Source of the DNA: Elusimicrobiota bacterium
Lineage (GTDB): Bacteria > Elusimicrobiota > UBA8919
Direction: 5' to 3'
Length of the DNA stretch: 64,000 nucleotides
NCBI GenBank assembly: GCA_040757695.1
Contig: JBFLWK010000005.1
Location: forward strand, 6,899 to 70,898
The position numbers and the translations under genes were made by a program. The notes below the pieces were generated by a model, which worked only from the letters and a program-made list of their open reading frames with translations, did not search any database and was not told the DNA's origin. Positions 39,613 through 48,225 of this stretch are shown in pieces; position 1 is the stretch's first letter; each line of letters starts with the position of its first letter.

Positions 39613-39697
39613 CCCCGTTAGACCTTTCCAGGTGTCTGATGGGGCGGTCAGATAGTAATAGAATGAGAAATTAAGAATTAGGAGGTCTAACGGGGTG
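39613..39697 (+). promoter_or_regulatory. 13-bp long-range inverted repeat (accccgttagacc / ggtctaacggggt) that sequesters the SD and GTG start of the U32-like gene.
   Basis: Left arm 39612-39624, right arm 39684-39696. SD AGGAGG at 39680-39685, GTG at 39695. Confidence 0.45.
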
Positions 39698-41023
39698 AAA
39701 TTCGCAATTCCTTTCTGCGGTAGTTTGAAGTTAACTGAGAAGATACTGAATACAGGTAAAGACAAAATAGACTGTGTTTATTTTGACTTGAACTTCCGGT
39801 ATTTAGGTTCAGGCAGAGAACAGTCAGGCTACTTTGGAATTTTAAGGTCAAACAAAGAAAAAAAGAAATGGTTAAAAGATTTTGATGCTCGTATTAAAGA
39901 GTTAATAAACGAACTGCATAGAAGAAATATCAAGGCTTATGGTTTGGTTAATCAATTAGTTTTTACTTATGAACAGACAAAAAGATTTAATGAAATTAAA
40001 AGGTATTTGAACAGAATTAAAGATATCGGATTGGACCGGCTTGTAGTAGCCAATCCTTTTGCTTTAAAGATTGCGAAAGATTGCAATTATGATGTTGAAC
40101 TGTCAGTTAATGCACTGGTGCAGGAGCCAATACAATTGGAATTATTATTACAGTTATTTCCAAATATTAAATCTATGTGTGTTCAGAGAGAGTGGAACAG
40201 AAATATTGACTTAATAAAACAGGTTAAAGAACAGTATAAATTAGAAATCAAGATACTGGTTAATGAAGGATGTCTGCCTTACTGTCCGTACAGAATAGAG
40301 CATTTTTCTTTAATGGGATTATTACCCTATCAGTTAAAAGATGAAAGAGCAGCAGTTTCTGTCTTACAGAAATATGGTTTCTGTTACTGGGTTCACAGAA
40401 AAACGCCAGTATACTCTTTGATGTCACCATTTATAAGACCGGAAGATATTAAACTGTATGAAGGTATTGCAGATGTATGCAAAATATCCGGTAGAACAAT
40501 GGGCGATCCGGTTTTACCAATGTTATGTTCTGCATATTTTAACAGTGAATTTGATGGTAATCTTTATTTCCTGTTAGATGGAGCAACAGATTATGTGAGA
40601 AATAATTTTAAGGTTGATAATAAACATTTCCCGGACGATTGGGGAAAGACAGTCAGTCACTGCAAATATAATTGCAGTGAATGTAATTATTGTTTAAAAG
40701 TAGCAGAGAAAATAATTAAGAAAAATACAAGATTTGTTTTTGAAGCAACATCGGAAGATAAAGAGATAGATGAAAATATTAAACTGGCTGCTTTGAAAAG
40801 GTTGAGTATCCTGGTGAATGATACAATGAAAATAATCTGGGGAACTAAAGTGCGGTTTATAGATTATTTGGATAATGATGATTTAGAGATACAATTATTG
40901 AACTTTTTATTTAAGAGAATTCAATTTATTAATGCATTTGTCAGAAAATTAAGTGCAGTATTCAGGATAATTAGATTCTTTTTGAAAAACAGGTGGATAA
41001 AATGGCTTACGAGTATACGCTGA
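39695..41023 (+). CDS. Peptidase U32-family protein (collagenase / UbiU-UbiV / RlhA-like Fe-S enzyme family).
   Basis: Collinear U32 blocks: KFAIPFCG (ELLAPAG-like), DCVYFDL, IKAYGLVNQLVFTYEQ, GLDRLVVANPFALKIAKD, VELSVNALV, Cys cluster CLPYCPY. GTG start. Confidence 0.7.
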   Translation: MKFAIPFCGSLKLTEKILNTGKDKIDCVYFDLNFRYLGSGREQSGYFGILRSNKEKKKWLKDFDARIKELINELHRRNIKAYGLVNQLVFTYEQTKRFNEIKRYLNRIKDIGLDRLVVANPFALKIAKDCNYDVELSVNALVQEPIQLELLLQLFPNIKSMCVQREWNRNIDLIKQVKEQYKLEIKILVNEGCLPYCPYRIEHFSLMGLLPYQLKDERAAVSVLQKYGFCYWVHRKTPVYSLMSPFIRPEDIKLYEGIADVCKISGRTMGDPVLPMLCSAYFNSEFDGNLYFLLDGATDYVRNNFKVDNKHFPDDWGKTVSHCKYNCSECNYCLKVAEKIIKKNTRFVFEATSEDKEIDENIKLAALKRLSILVNDTMKIIWGTKVRFIDYLDNDDLEIQLLNFLFKRIQFINAFVRKLSAVFRIIRFFLKNRWIKWLTSIR

Positions 41024-41439
41024 CAGATAAAAATCCGTTAAAGTTACTGGTTGAAATAAGTAGTGTTATCAGTAAAAAGTTTGAGTTAACCTATATCGGT
41101 CAGAATGGACTGTTAGTTATAGTAGATGAATTAGATACTACCGAGAAGACAGCACTGGATAATGTAATAAACTTACATACAAACACTTTTTATTTAATAA
41201 AAAACAGAAAACAAAATATCAAAGCAGATGGAATAGACACAGAACATTTAATTGCCTGTTATCCATACCAGCAGGGGGTAGTAGATATTATGATAAATGG
41301 AATTAAACAGAGTGAAGCTAATTTTGATGCTATCGGTATTGTAAAGTATGATTTCAAGACAGCAACACCGGGGACTTATGAAATCCAGTTTAAACAAGGA
41401 ACTCTGATTTCCAATATTGTAACAGTAGTGGCAGAATAA
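40993..41439 (+). CDS. Hypothetical protein.
   Basis: 148-aa ORF between the U32 gene and the B12-rSAM gene. Confidence 0.4.
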   Translation: MDKMAYEYTLTDKNPLKLLVEISSVISKKFELTYIGQNGLLVIVDELDTTEKTALDNVINLHTNTFYLIKNRKQNIKADGIDTEHLIACYPYQQGVVDIMINGIKQSEANFDAIGIVKYDFKTATPGTYEIQFKQGTLISNIVTVVAE

Positions 41440-42719
41440 TGAGAGTGTGTTTAGTTTATATTCCACCAGAGGATAATACAGATGGATGTTATATTTTGAA
41501 TCCGTTAATCGGACCGTATCTTTTAGCAGGAATATTACGTGATAAAGGTTATGAAGTAGAAGTTTTCGATAATTTATGTTTTCTGAATGAGGATTACAGT
41601 GAGTTAGTTAAGAAGATTGCCGAATATGATGTAGTTGGGATTTCGCTTCTAACTTTGTCGTGGTATAAAGTCAGAAAATTCTGTGATGATATTAAAGAAT
41701 TGAACCCGCATATCAGAATAGTTGTAGGTGGGCCGCACACAGTTTATTATGACGGATATATTTTAGAAAATTCTAAAGCAGATGCTGTAATAAGAGGAGA
41801 GGGTGAGAGAACATTTTTAAGATATTTAGAAGGTAAAACAGGGAATGGTATGACCATTAGATTGAACAGTGAGATAATCAGATACCCTGATGCAGAATAT
41901 TTAAGTAAAGAGGAATTCAAAGAATACTACAAACCAGCATATGATTTGATTAAGTATAAGTTTCCATTTCTTGCTGGTGAATTTAGTAGAGGTTGCTGGA
42001 ACAATTGTTTGTTCTGTTCAGTATTATACAGGAATAGATGGAGATGTATGGCAGATGTGGATACAGTAATAGAAAGTTATAAAAGAGATATAAATCTGGC
42101 TGGCAATATGGTTAAAGTGAAAGATGCATGGTTATTGATGGACAATTTGTTGAATGGAGATATTAGATGGGCGACAGAAGTTTTAGAGAGAATTGCGGCA
42201 GAAGGATTAAGAATAGGTTTAGCCTGTGATGTACTGGCATTTCAGGATGAAGGTTTTTTGAAAGCATTCAGAAATTCAAAGATAATATTCTGTACACTCG
42301 GTATTGAATGTGGCTATGATGAAGGACTCCAGAGATTAGGTAAGAAGTTCAGAATTAAAGATATAGAAGAAATTGCTCCCAAAATAGCAGGTGTAGGAGA
42401 AATAACAAGTTCTTTTATAATAGGCTTTCCGTGGGAAACTAAAATAGAAGCAGAAAAGACATTAAGGTTTGCACGATATTTAAGAAAGTATGATTGTTTT
42501 GAAAGTATGAACTGGTGGATCCCATTACCATCAAGGTTATGGTTTAATAGAGAGAAATATAGAATTAAAAATGTGGATGAAAGTATATGGGATGGTTTTT
42601 ATTCATTTAAGAATCCTTTTCACAGTGAATGGAATACAGGGGTTTTTCTAAAGACACATCCGGGTATATCACAGAAGGATTATGAATATTTAGAAAAAAT
42701 AAAATGTGAAGGAGGTTAA
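41439..42719 (+). CDS. B12-binding-domain radical SAM enzyme (class-B-like).
   Basis: N-terminal B12-binding Rossmann segment (VVGISLL…IRIVVGGPHTV), then the rSAM Cys motif RGCWNNCLFCS. Confidence 0.85.
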   Translation: MRVCLVYIPPEDNTDGCYILNPLIGPYLLAGILRDKGYEVEVFDNLCFLNEDYSELVKKIAEYDVVGISLLTLSWYKVRKFCDDIKELNPHIRIVVGGPHTVYYDGYILENSKADAVIRGEGERTFLRYLEGKTGNGMTIRLNSEIIRYPDAEYLSKEEFKEYYKPAYDLIKYKFPFLAGEFSRGCWNNCLFCSVLYRNRWRCMADVDTVIESYKRDINLAGNMVKVKDAWLLMDNLLNGDIRWATEVLERIAAEGLRIGLACDVLAFQDEGFLKAFRNSKIIFCTLGIECGYDEGLQRLGKKFRIKDIEEIAPKIAGVGEITSSFIIGFPWETKIEAEKTLRFARYLRKYDCFESMNWWIPLPSRLWFNREKYRIKNVDESIWDGFYSFKNPFHSEWNTGVFLKTHPGISQKDYEYLEKIKCEGG

Positions 42720-42727
42720 AGAAAAAA

Positions 42728-42946
42728 ATGGTTGATATTACAGGAACAGACCAAGGAGTTCAGGTTCATGAAATGCAGAATTTGGTAGACCAGCCAGCAG
42801 GAGCAAGAATTATTGTTTTAGTATTACCTGCAGGCTCAACATCTGCAATACCGGCGGATGCTGAAGTAAAGTATGATGGACAAGTACCAGCGGGAAAGAA
42901 ATTTACAGGTACCATTACACTCTATGGTAAATTAGAAAATGTCTAA
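42728..42946 (+). CDS. Small hypothetical protein (possible second peptide or immunity factor).
   Basis: 72-aa ORF, AGGAGG upstream. Confidence 0.35.
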   Translation: MVDITGTDQGVQVHEMQNLVDQPAGARIIVLVLPAGSTSAIPADAEVKYDGQVPAGKKFTGTITLYGKLENV

Positions 42947-43178
42947 TCAGGAGATTACCATGAAGATTGAAGAAAAAATTGCCAAACTGGAAGAAGAAGG
43001 ACAGAAATTGTCACAAGTATTAAATCAACTGAATACACAGAGACAGCAGTTAGATATTCAGAGGCAGGATATAATTAACAGGTTAATTGAAATTCAGGGT
43101 GCTTTGAAAGAATTAAAAAGTATTTTAGAGGAGAAGAATGCAGAGCCAGAAGGAAAGAAATCCGATAATAGGGTATAG
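42939..43178 (+). CDS. Coiled-coil small protein.
   Basis: 79 aa, heptad-rich (KLEEEGQKLSQVLNQLNTQRQQLDIQRQDIINRLIEIQ). Confidence 0.4.
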   Translation: MSNQEITMKIEEKIAKLEEEGQKLSQVLNQLNTQRQQLDIQRQDIINRLIEIQGALKELKSILEEKNAEPEGKKSDNRV

Positions 43179-43386
43179 AAAAATATTCTGTCAGGTTTTA
43201 GCCATTTGTATAGTAGGTATAAAAATCCTGTTTATGAATGGCGGAGTAGAATGGGGCTGGGTTTTGTTCGCTCTTGTATTTGGTTATTCAGTAGTAAATG
43301 TAGGTCAGAAGGTGACCACGGGCTGGAACCAATCCGTTTTGACGAGTCATCCTGAACACAACAAAGGAACTTCAGATGAAAAATAA
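43138..43386 (+). CDS. Holin-like membrane protein with two predicted TM helices.
   Basis: Hydrophobic segments ILAICIVGIKILFM and WVLFALVFGYSVV. Immediately upstream of the lysin. Confidence 0.45.
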   Translation: MQSQKERNPIIGYRKIFCQVLAICIVGIKILFMNGGVEWGWVLFALVFGYSVVNVGQKVTTGWNQSVLTSHPEHNKGTSDEK

Positions 43387-43729
43387 AAACAATAATAACT
43401 CTGCAACTAAAAATGTTAAATATTTGCGTAGAAGAACTGACCAGATCCTGATTGAGAGTTTTGAGACCTGGCGCAGTGAGTTTGTGGAAATAAAAACAGA
43501 TGTAAAACTGATTCTGCATAAACTTGATAATGAGATAGTTCCTCGGGTAAATGAACATCAGAAAATTCTCTATGGCAATCCTGAGACAATGGGTAAGAAT
43601 GGATTGATTGCTACGGTTCAAGGTGTGAAACATGATATTAAAACTATGAAAACTTTCTTTGCTAGTATCTGGTCAGGAGTATTGATTTTTGTTAACGCCC
43701 TGATAAGTTATTTCATGAAGAAACATTAA
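43376..43729 (+). CDS. Membrane protein with a C-terminal TM helix (holin / antiholin or spanin-like).
   Basis: C-terminal ASIWSGVLIFVNALISYF. Coupled to the amidase gene. Confidence 0.4.
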   Translation: MKNKNNNNSATKNVKYLRRRTDQILIESFETWRSEFVEIKTDVKLILHKLDNEIVPRVNEHQKILYGNPETMGKNGLIATVQGVKHDIKTMKTFFASIWSGVLIFVNALISYFMKKH

Positions 43730-43730
43730 G

Positions 43731-44438
43731 ATGAACTGGTTAATTAATTTATTGAATAGAATAATAGAATTACTGAAGAAAAAGGAAGATAAAATGGAAT
43801 CTTCAAAACCACCAGTTTTGATTATCAAAAAGAAAATAACTGCAGAAGATATTATTTTAGCAAATCCAGAATTGTTTGCCGGAGATAGAAGTAAATGGAT
43901 AAAAGTACAATGGATAGTTGAACACCACAGTGCAACAAAGGACGGTAAAGTACCGGATACTCCCGCTATCTGGAAATATCATACATCATATCGTATTGAC
44001 CATGAAGTAGTATCAAAGGAAGAATTTTATTCAAGAAAAGAACTTGGATATGGCAGAACTTTTCAGGAACCGTGGATAACAATTGGATACAATGCACTGA
44101 TTGAAGAAGTGGAAGACGCTTTGAAAATATTCGCAGGTAGACCGTTAACAATGGATGGAGGTCATACAAAAGGATTGAATACAGTATCAGTTGGTATCTG
44201 CACAATTGGAGATTATGATAAAGAAACGCCTTCGGAAGAGAAATACGAATCTTGTGCTGTATTAACAAAGAAATATATGACAGTTTTTAATTTATCTATT
44301 CAGGCAGTCATTGGCCATAGAGATGCGAATAAAATGCTAGGACTTCACTATAAGAGTTGCCCCGGAGTGAAGTTTGATTTAGAGAAATTGAAACAGATTA
44401 TTTGCAAAATAGATGATAAGAGGCTAATAGGAGTATAA
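43731..44438 (+). CDS. N-acetylmuramoyl-L-alanine amidase endolysin (Amidase_2 / PGRP fold).
   Basis: WIVEHHSAT…, YHTSYRIDHE, GYNALIEE, GHTKGLNTVSVGICTIGDY, …SCPG. Zn-ligand pattern of T7-lysozyme-like amidases. Confidence 0.85.
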   Translation: MNWLINLLNRIIELLKKKEDKMESSKPPVLIIKKKITAEDIILANPELFAGDRSKWIKVQWIVEHHSATKDGKVPDTPAIWKYHTSYRIDHEVVSKEEFYSRKELGYGRTFQEPWITIGYNALIEEVEDALKIFAGRPLTMDGGHTKGLNTVSVGICTIGDYDKETPSEEKYESCAVLTKKYMTVFNLSIQAVIGHRDANKMLGLHYKSCPGVKFDLEKLKQIICKIDDKRLIGV

Positions 44439-44476
44439 AGGTATATAAAATTATCAGAACGGGAGGTGAATCAACA

Positions 44477-44893
44477 ATGCCAGTAGTAATGTTAGAAGTA
44501 GATAAGTTAGTGGATTTTATTAAAAACGAACTGAATGTTGAAGAACTGAAGACATCAGCACAGGCACTTAAGAAGGGTTGGGACTGGAATCCGTTTGATA
44601 AAGATGGTGACGAATATGTTACTGCATGGGAAGAGTTCAAACATAATCTTGACCTGCTCTGGAACTTTTTAGAGAAGATTATGTTTAGTGTAGAAAGAGG
44701 CGCCAGAGTTCTTACTATTACCGAGGGTGGAACGAAGTTAGAAGCAGCAGTTAAGTTTATTGACGAGCTAATTAAGTTGCCATTTTGGCTAGAGTGGCTT
44801 GATCAGCACGTGGTTCAGTTGCTCTTATCACTATTAGTCAAAAAGACTAATGACCAATATGGCCATGACTGGTCAGTAACTGGCAGGGTATAA
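44477..44893 (+). CDS. Hypothetical protein.
   Basis: 138-aa ORF with a GGGAGGTG RBS. Confidence 0.4.
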   Translation: MPVVMLEVDKLVDFIKNELNVEELKTSAQALKKGWDWNPFDKDGDEYVTAWEEFKHNLDLLWNFLEKIMFSVERGARVLTITEGGTKLEAAVKFIDELIKLPFWLEWLDQHVVQLLLSLLVKKTNDQYGHDWSVTGRV

Positions 44894-44993
44894 CTAATAC
44901 CTTGAAGTTATCAAAAATCTGCCAGTTTGCCGAATTTATCAGGTAATACAGACCTCACAAATTCTGTCAAATTTCAGAGAAAAAGGCTTATTC

Positions 44994-45049
44994 TGCCCGC
45001 TGGAGATTCCTATATCAATAAATTGAGAAACTTCAGCGGGTTTTTTTAT
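44994..45049 (+). terminator. Rho-independent terminator at the end of the late / lysis operon.
   Basis: gcccgctggag…cttcagcggg stem followed by TTTTTTTAT (45041-45049). Confidence 0.6.
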
Positions 45050-45207
45050 CGTCGGTGTTCTTCTTTTTTAACCTCTCCTTTTCAGTAAATTCTCCTCGGA
45101 AAGAATTTCTAAACATAACTTGACTTTCCCTTGCAAAGAAGGTAATGAATGAATAGGTAAAATAGCCTATTTTCAGACGGTAAATTTGGGTAAGAAAGGA
45201 GGCAAAA

Positions 45208-45489
45208 TTGATGAGGAAAACACAGGAATCAAAAGCGCAAATCAAAGTAGGTAGAGAAACAGGCATGGGTGTTACCATCGCAGATGGCTCTATGGATTGG
45301 AGTTACTATGTAACCATTAATGGTAGGAGATATGATGTTACTGTAGAACAATTTGCATCAGGTAAATTTAATTCAAAAGTATGGATTTGGGATCATAACA
45401 AGGACCGCCAGGTGCAATTTAACAAACGCATTGAATATATTGTACGAGAGAAAGTGATAGATAAAATTTTAGAGAAAACAGGGAGGTAG
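45208..45489 (+). CDS. Hypothetical small protein.
   Basis: AAGGAGG RBS. Confidence 0.45.
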   Translation: MMRKTQESKAQIKVGRETGMGVTIADGSMDWSYYVTINGRRYDVTVEQFASGKFNSKVWIWDHNKDRQVQFNKRIEYIVREKVIDKILEKTGR

Positions 45490-45496
45490 ATGAAAG

Positions 45497-45778
45497 ATGC
45501 AGACACAGGAAATAAAGCAGAAAGAACTGAAGGATGTAAATCTCACGGAAGAGGATGCGTACCTGAATACCGCATTTGGCAGAATGAAAATTGATAGGAT
45601 TAATAGAAGCGACTGGTGGGTTACTTGCGGTACCGGATGGAATCAAAGGTCATTCAGTTGCCATCCACATGAGATAGTTGAAGTTACTACTAAAACGGAT
45701 CAAAAGAAAATTAGGAGAATCAAAGAGGAGTATGTAGAATTAGGTGGCAAAATGGTAAAGGTAACTACTATTCAATAA
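45497..45778 (+). CDS. Hypothetical small protein.
   Basis: GGGAGG RBS. Confidence 0.45.
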   Translation: MQTQEIKQKELKDVNLTEEDAYLNTAFGRMKIDRINRSDWWVTCGTGWNQRSFSCHPHEIVEVTTKTDQKKIRRIKEEYVELGGKMVKVTTIQ

Positions 45779-45847
45779 GGGACTTACTATTATCCTTAAG
45801 AAAGAATAGTAATGAGCTTCTTGAACTCTGGGGAGGTGTGGAATAAG

Positions 45848-46045
45848 ATGGATAAATTCACTTATTCGTTAGCGAAAAATGTATTGGAACATATTGGAGA
45901 TAGGGACAAAAGTATATTAAAGAAATATCCTGATATACAGATGGTTCATGAAATTATAGCAAACCATCTCTGTTTGAATTACAGTTTACCTGAAATTCAA
46001 CAGGCCATCAGAGACAAAGCAAAAGAACTTACAATAAAAGGATAA
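45848..46045 (+). CDS. Hypothetical small protein.
   Basis: ATG at 45848 with GGGGAGG. Track start 45812 is probably too far upstream. Confidence 0.4.
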   Translation: MDKFTYSLAKNVLEHIGDRDKSILKKYPDIQMVHEIIANHLCLNYSLPEIQQAIRDKAKELTIKG

Positions 46046-46070
46046 AAACTATGGCTAAAAGGTGAAAAAG

Positions 46071-46301
46071 ATGGAATTGAAAAAAGTTATATTTGAATTT
46101 GAGAATGGTAAAAAGAAGATTCTTACAGGTAAAGAACTTGACCAGTGGACATTTATCTGTATGCTACACAGTGATTATCTGCTACCACAGGAACCCGATG
46201 ATATATTAGCAAGTATGTTCAATGGACTTATTCGTGGATTTTTCAGCAGGGAATATATTGCAAAGAAGATGGCAGAAGGTAAAGTAAAAATTTCCGACTG
46301 A
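46071..46301 (+). CDS. Hypothetical small protein.
   Basis: ATG at 46071. Track start 46062 is a GTG. Confidence 0.4.
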   Translation: MELKKVIFEFENGKKKILTGKELDQWTFICMLHSDYLLPQEPDDILASMFNGLIRGFFSREYIAKKMAEGKVKISD

Positions 46302-46316
46302 AGGGAGGTGATTGGA

Positions 46317-46508
46317 ATGCCAGAAAAACCAAAATGTAAGTTGATTGGTGAAGATGGTAATGTTTTTAACATCATTGGCTTGGTTAGTAAGGCACTAAAA
46401 AAATCTGGTCAGCCAGACAAGGCAAAGGAATTTGTTAACCGTGCCTTTAAAGCTAAATCGTATGATGAAGTTCTTGTAATGGCAGACACATACGTAGAAA
46501 TTTGCTAG
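46317..46508 (+). CDS. Hypothetical small protein.
   Basis: ATG at 46317 with GGGAGGTG 8 nt upstream. Confidence 0.45.
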   Translation: MPEKPKCKLIGEDGNVFNIIGLVSKALKKSGQPDKAKEFVNRAFKAKSYDEVLVMADTYVEIC

Positions 46509-46529
46509 GAAAGGAGGTGCTAAAAATCA

Positions 46530-46987
46530 TGTTAGCAGATACAGCAATTGCAGGAAAGAAGTATTTGAGTAAAGATGGTACACCTGTAAAGGTTATCGGA
46601 ACAAAAGGTGACAAAGTCGTGCTAAAAAGCGAAGCCACAGGTAACGAGATTCTTGTCTCAAAGAATTATCATCTTCAGGAGTATGATGAGCAGAAGGTTA
46701 GTACAGAGACAAAGGTTCTAATCAGGGTCAATGGTGGAGACAAAGCAGGACAGAGCCGAAAACCTAAAGGTGAGACACTTGCTTCAGTTATTGACCAGTT
46801 ACTTTTTGCTGGCGGTAAGACCGTAGAAGAAATCGTGAAAGAGATTGAGAAGAAAAAGCTCTCAATAGCAAAAGACCGTGACCTCTCAGCGAATGTTAGA
46901 GCTCGTATGGTGAATTACAGACGGCAGGGATATCAGGTTGAGAAAACTGAAGACAAAAAAGTCAGGATAATTAAGCCGAGTAAGTAA
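46530..46987 (+). CDS. Hypothetical protein.
   Basis: ATG at 46530 with AAGGAGGTG upstream. Confidence 0.45.
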
Positions 46988-47511
46988 TTAAATTGCGCAG
47001 ATAATTCTGTGCATTAAAGGTCGCGAATTTCTTATTAAGCAGAAAATCTCTCTGCAAAATTTAGAGAGAAAATCTTAAATGAAAAAGAAAATTGTATTTC
47101 GTGAATTTAATCTCACATTGTATTGCGATGGAGATATTGATATGGACGGATTTGAAAAGTTCTTTACTAAAAAGATACGAGTTCAGATTATTCAGTTACT
47201 GAAGCAGGCAGGTTACAAGCTAATCAACAAATGCCAGAGATATCGGAGATGAACGATGGACAAACAAGAATTTATCAAAGAGTTGAAAGAAAAAGGCAAG
47301 GTCACTGTAGAGCCAGAAAAGGTTATCGTGCATCTCAGACAACAAGATGGTGAATTAGGTATTGAAATCTATTTGAAAGGTGAAGTAGTATACCTCTCCC
47401 GCAAATCCAGTTTCTGGCAAGATAAGATTTAAGAATTTTTGTAAGACAATTCTCAAAATAATTATCCACACGATCTCTTTCCTATCTTTCCTAAACCTAA
47501 ATTAAAACTAA

Positions 47512-47540
47512 TTGACATTACTTAAATAAAATGTTATAAT
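47512..47540 (+). promoter_or_regulatory. Sigma70-type promoter: TTGACA, 17-nt spacer, TATAAT. It overlaps the palindrome TTATAATTATAA, a possible NikR operator.
   Basis: -35 at 47512-47517, -10 at 47535-47540, 33 nt upstream of the nikR ATG. Confidence 0.6.
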
Positions 47541-47572
47541 TATAATAAATGTAATACAATAGCAGAAAACAA

Positions 47573-47995
47573 ATGAGCAAATTAAAACGGTTCAGTATAT
47601 CACTTGATGATGATCTTGTAACAAGATTTGATAAAGAGATTAGAGAAAAAAATTATCCTACTCGCTCTAAAGCGATAGGAGATTTAATCAGGGAAGATTT
47701 TGTCAAAAAAGAATGGATAGAATGGATAGAAGGAAAAGAAGTAGCGGGAACAATTACTTTGGTTTATAATCACCATAAAAGAGAACTGGTAAATAGATTG
47801 ACCAATATTCAGCATGATTTTCACGATTTCATTATTTCGTCACAACATGTCCATTTAGACTACGACAATTGTCTGGAGATGGTTGTGGTGAAAGGCAAGC
47901 CAAAAGAAGTTGAAAAGTTAGCTCATAGATTAAAATCAACAAAAGGTGTAAAACATGGTTCTTTAACTATGGCAACAACCGGAAAAGAAATATAG
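47573..47995 (+). CDS. nikR: Nickel-responsive regulator NikR.
   Basis: N-terminal ribbon-helix-helix (RFSISLDDDLVTRFD…). C-terminal metal-binding segment QHVHLDYDNCLEMVVVKG…GVKHGSL aligns with E. coli NikR HVHINHDDCLEIAVLKG…GVRHGHL (His87 / His89 / Cys95 ligands conserved). Confidence 0.9.
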   Translation: MSKLKRFSISLDDDLVTRFDKEIREKNYPTRSKAIGDLIREDFVKKEWIEWIEGKEVAGTITLVYNHHKRELVNRLTNIQHDFHDFIISSQHVHLDYDNCLEMVVVKGKPKEVEKLAHRLKSTKGVKHGSLTMATTGKEI

Positions 47996-48149
47996 AAGTA
48001 TTATTTTTTTCTCTAATCGTAACACGATTGTGAAAAATGTATGAAAGGAGGTGGTCCTGATGTGAGAAAGGAGGTTAAAAAAGCACGAAGGCAGCCCTAC
48101 TGAGAAAAGAATTGCCTTCAGCTGGTGCTTAATGTAGTGTTCCAATTTA

Positions 48150-48215
48150 TTGGAACAAGAACCTAAGCCCATAGAAATTATACTAAATTTGTGGGCTAAA
48201 AACAAAGAAAAAGGA
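48150..48215 (+). promoter_or_regulatory. Copy F of the hairpin + ACAAAGAAAAAGG motif, upstream of the TonB-dependent receptor. This copy lies outside the prophage.
   Basis: agcccataga…tgtgggct imperfect inverted repeat, then aaaaacaaagaaaaaggag before the ATG at 48226. Confidence 0.4.
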
Positions 48216-48225
48216 GAAGAGAAAA

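Larger units (their letters stand above)
1..47450. mobile_element. Prophage of a contractile-tailed (myovirus-like, P2/eCIS-type baseplate) phage. Both ends are uncertain: the left end lies beyond the window, the right end is probably between 46988 and 47510.
   Basis: Integrase, terminase, portal, protease, capsid, sheath, tube, tape measure, baseplate, fiber and lysis genes all lie in one collinear block. Confidence 0.8.

Noticed and set aside
47079-47433. Two ORFs of <60 aa (47079-47252 and 47257-47433) absent from the ORF track.
   Set aside because: Not rejected as genes, since both have plausible RBSs. They were left out of the feature list because no sequence evidence beyond ORF + RBS exists. 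They are mentioned under the small-gene array finding.
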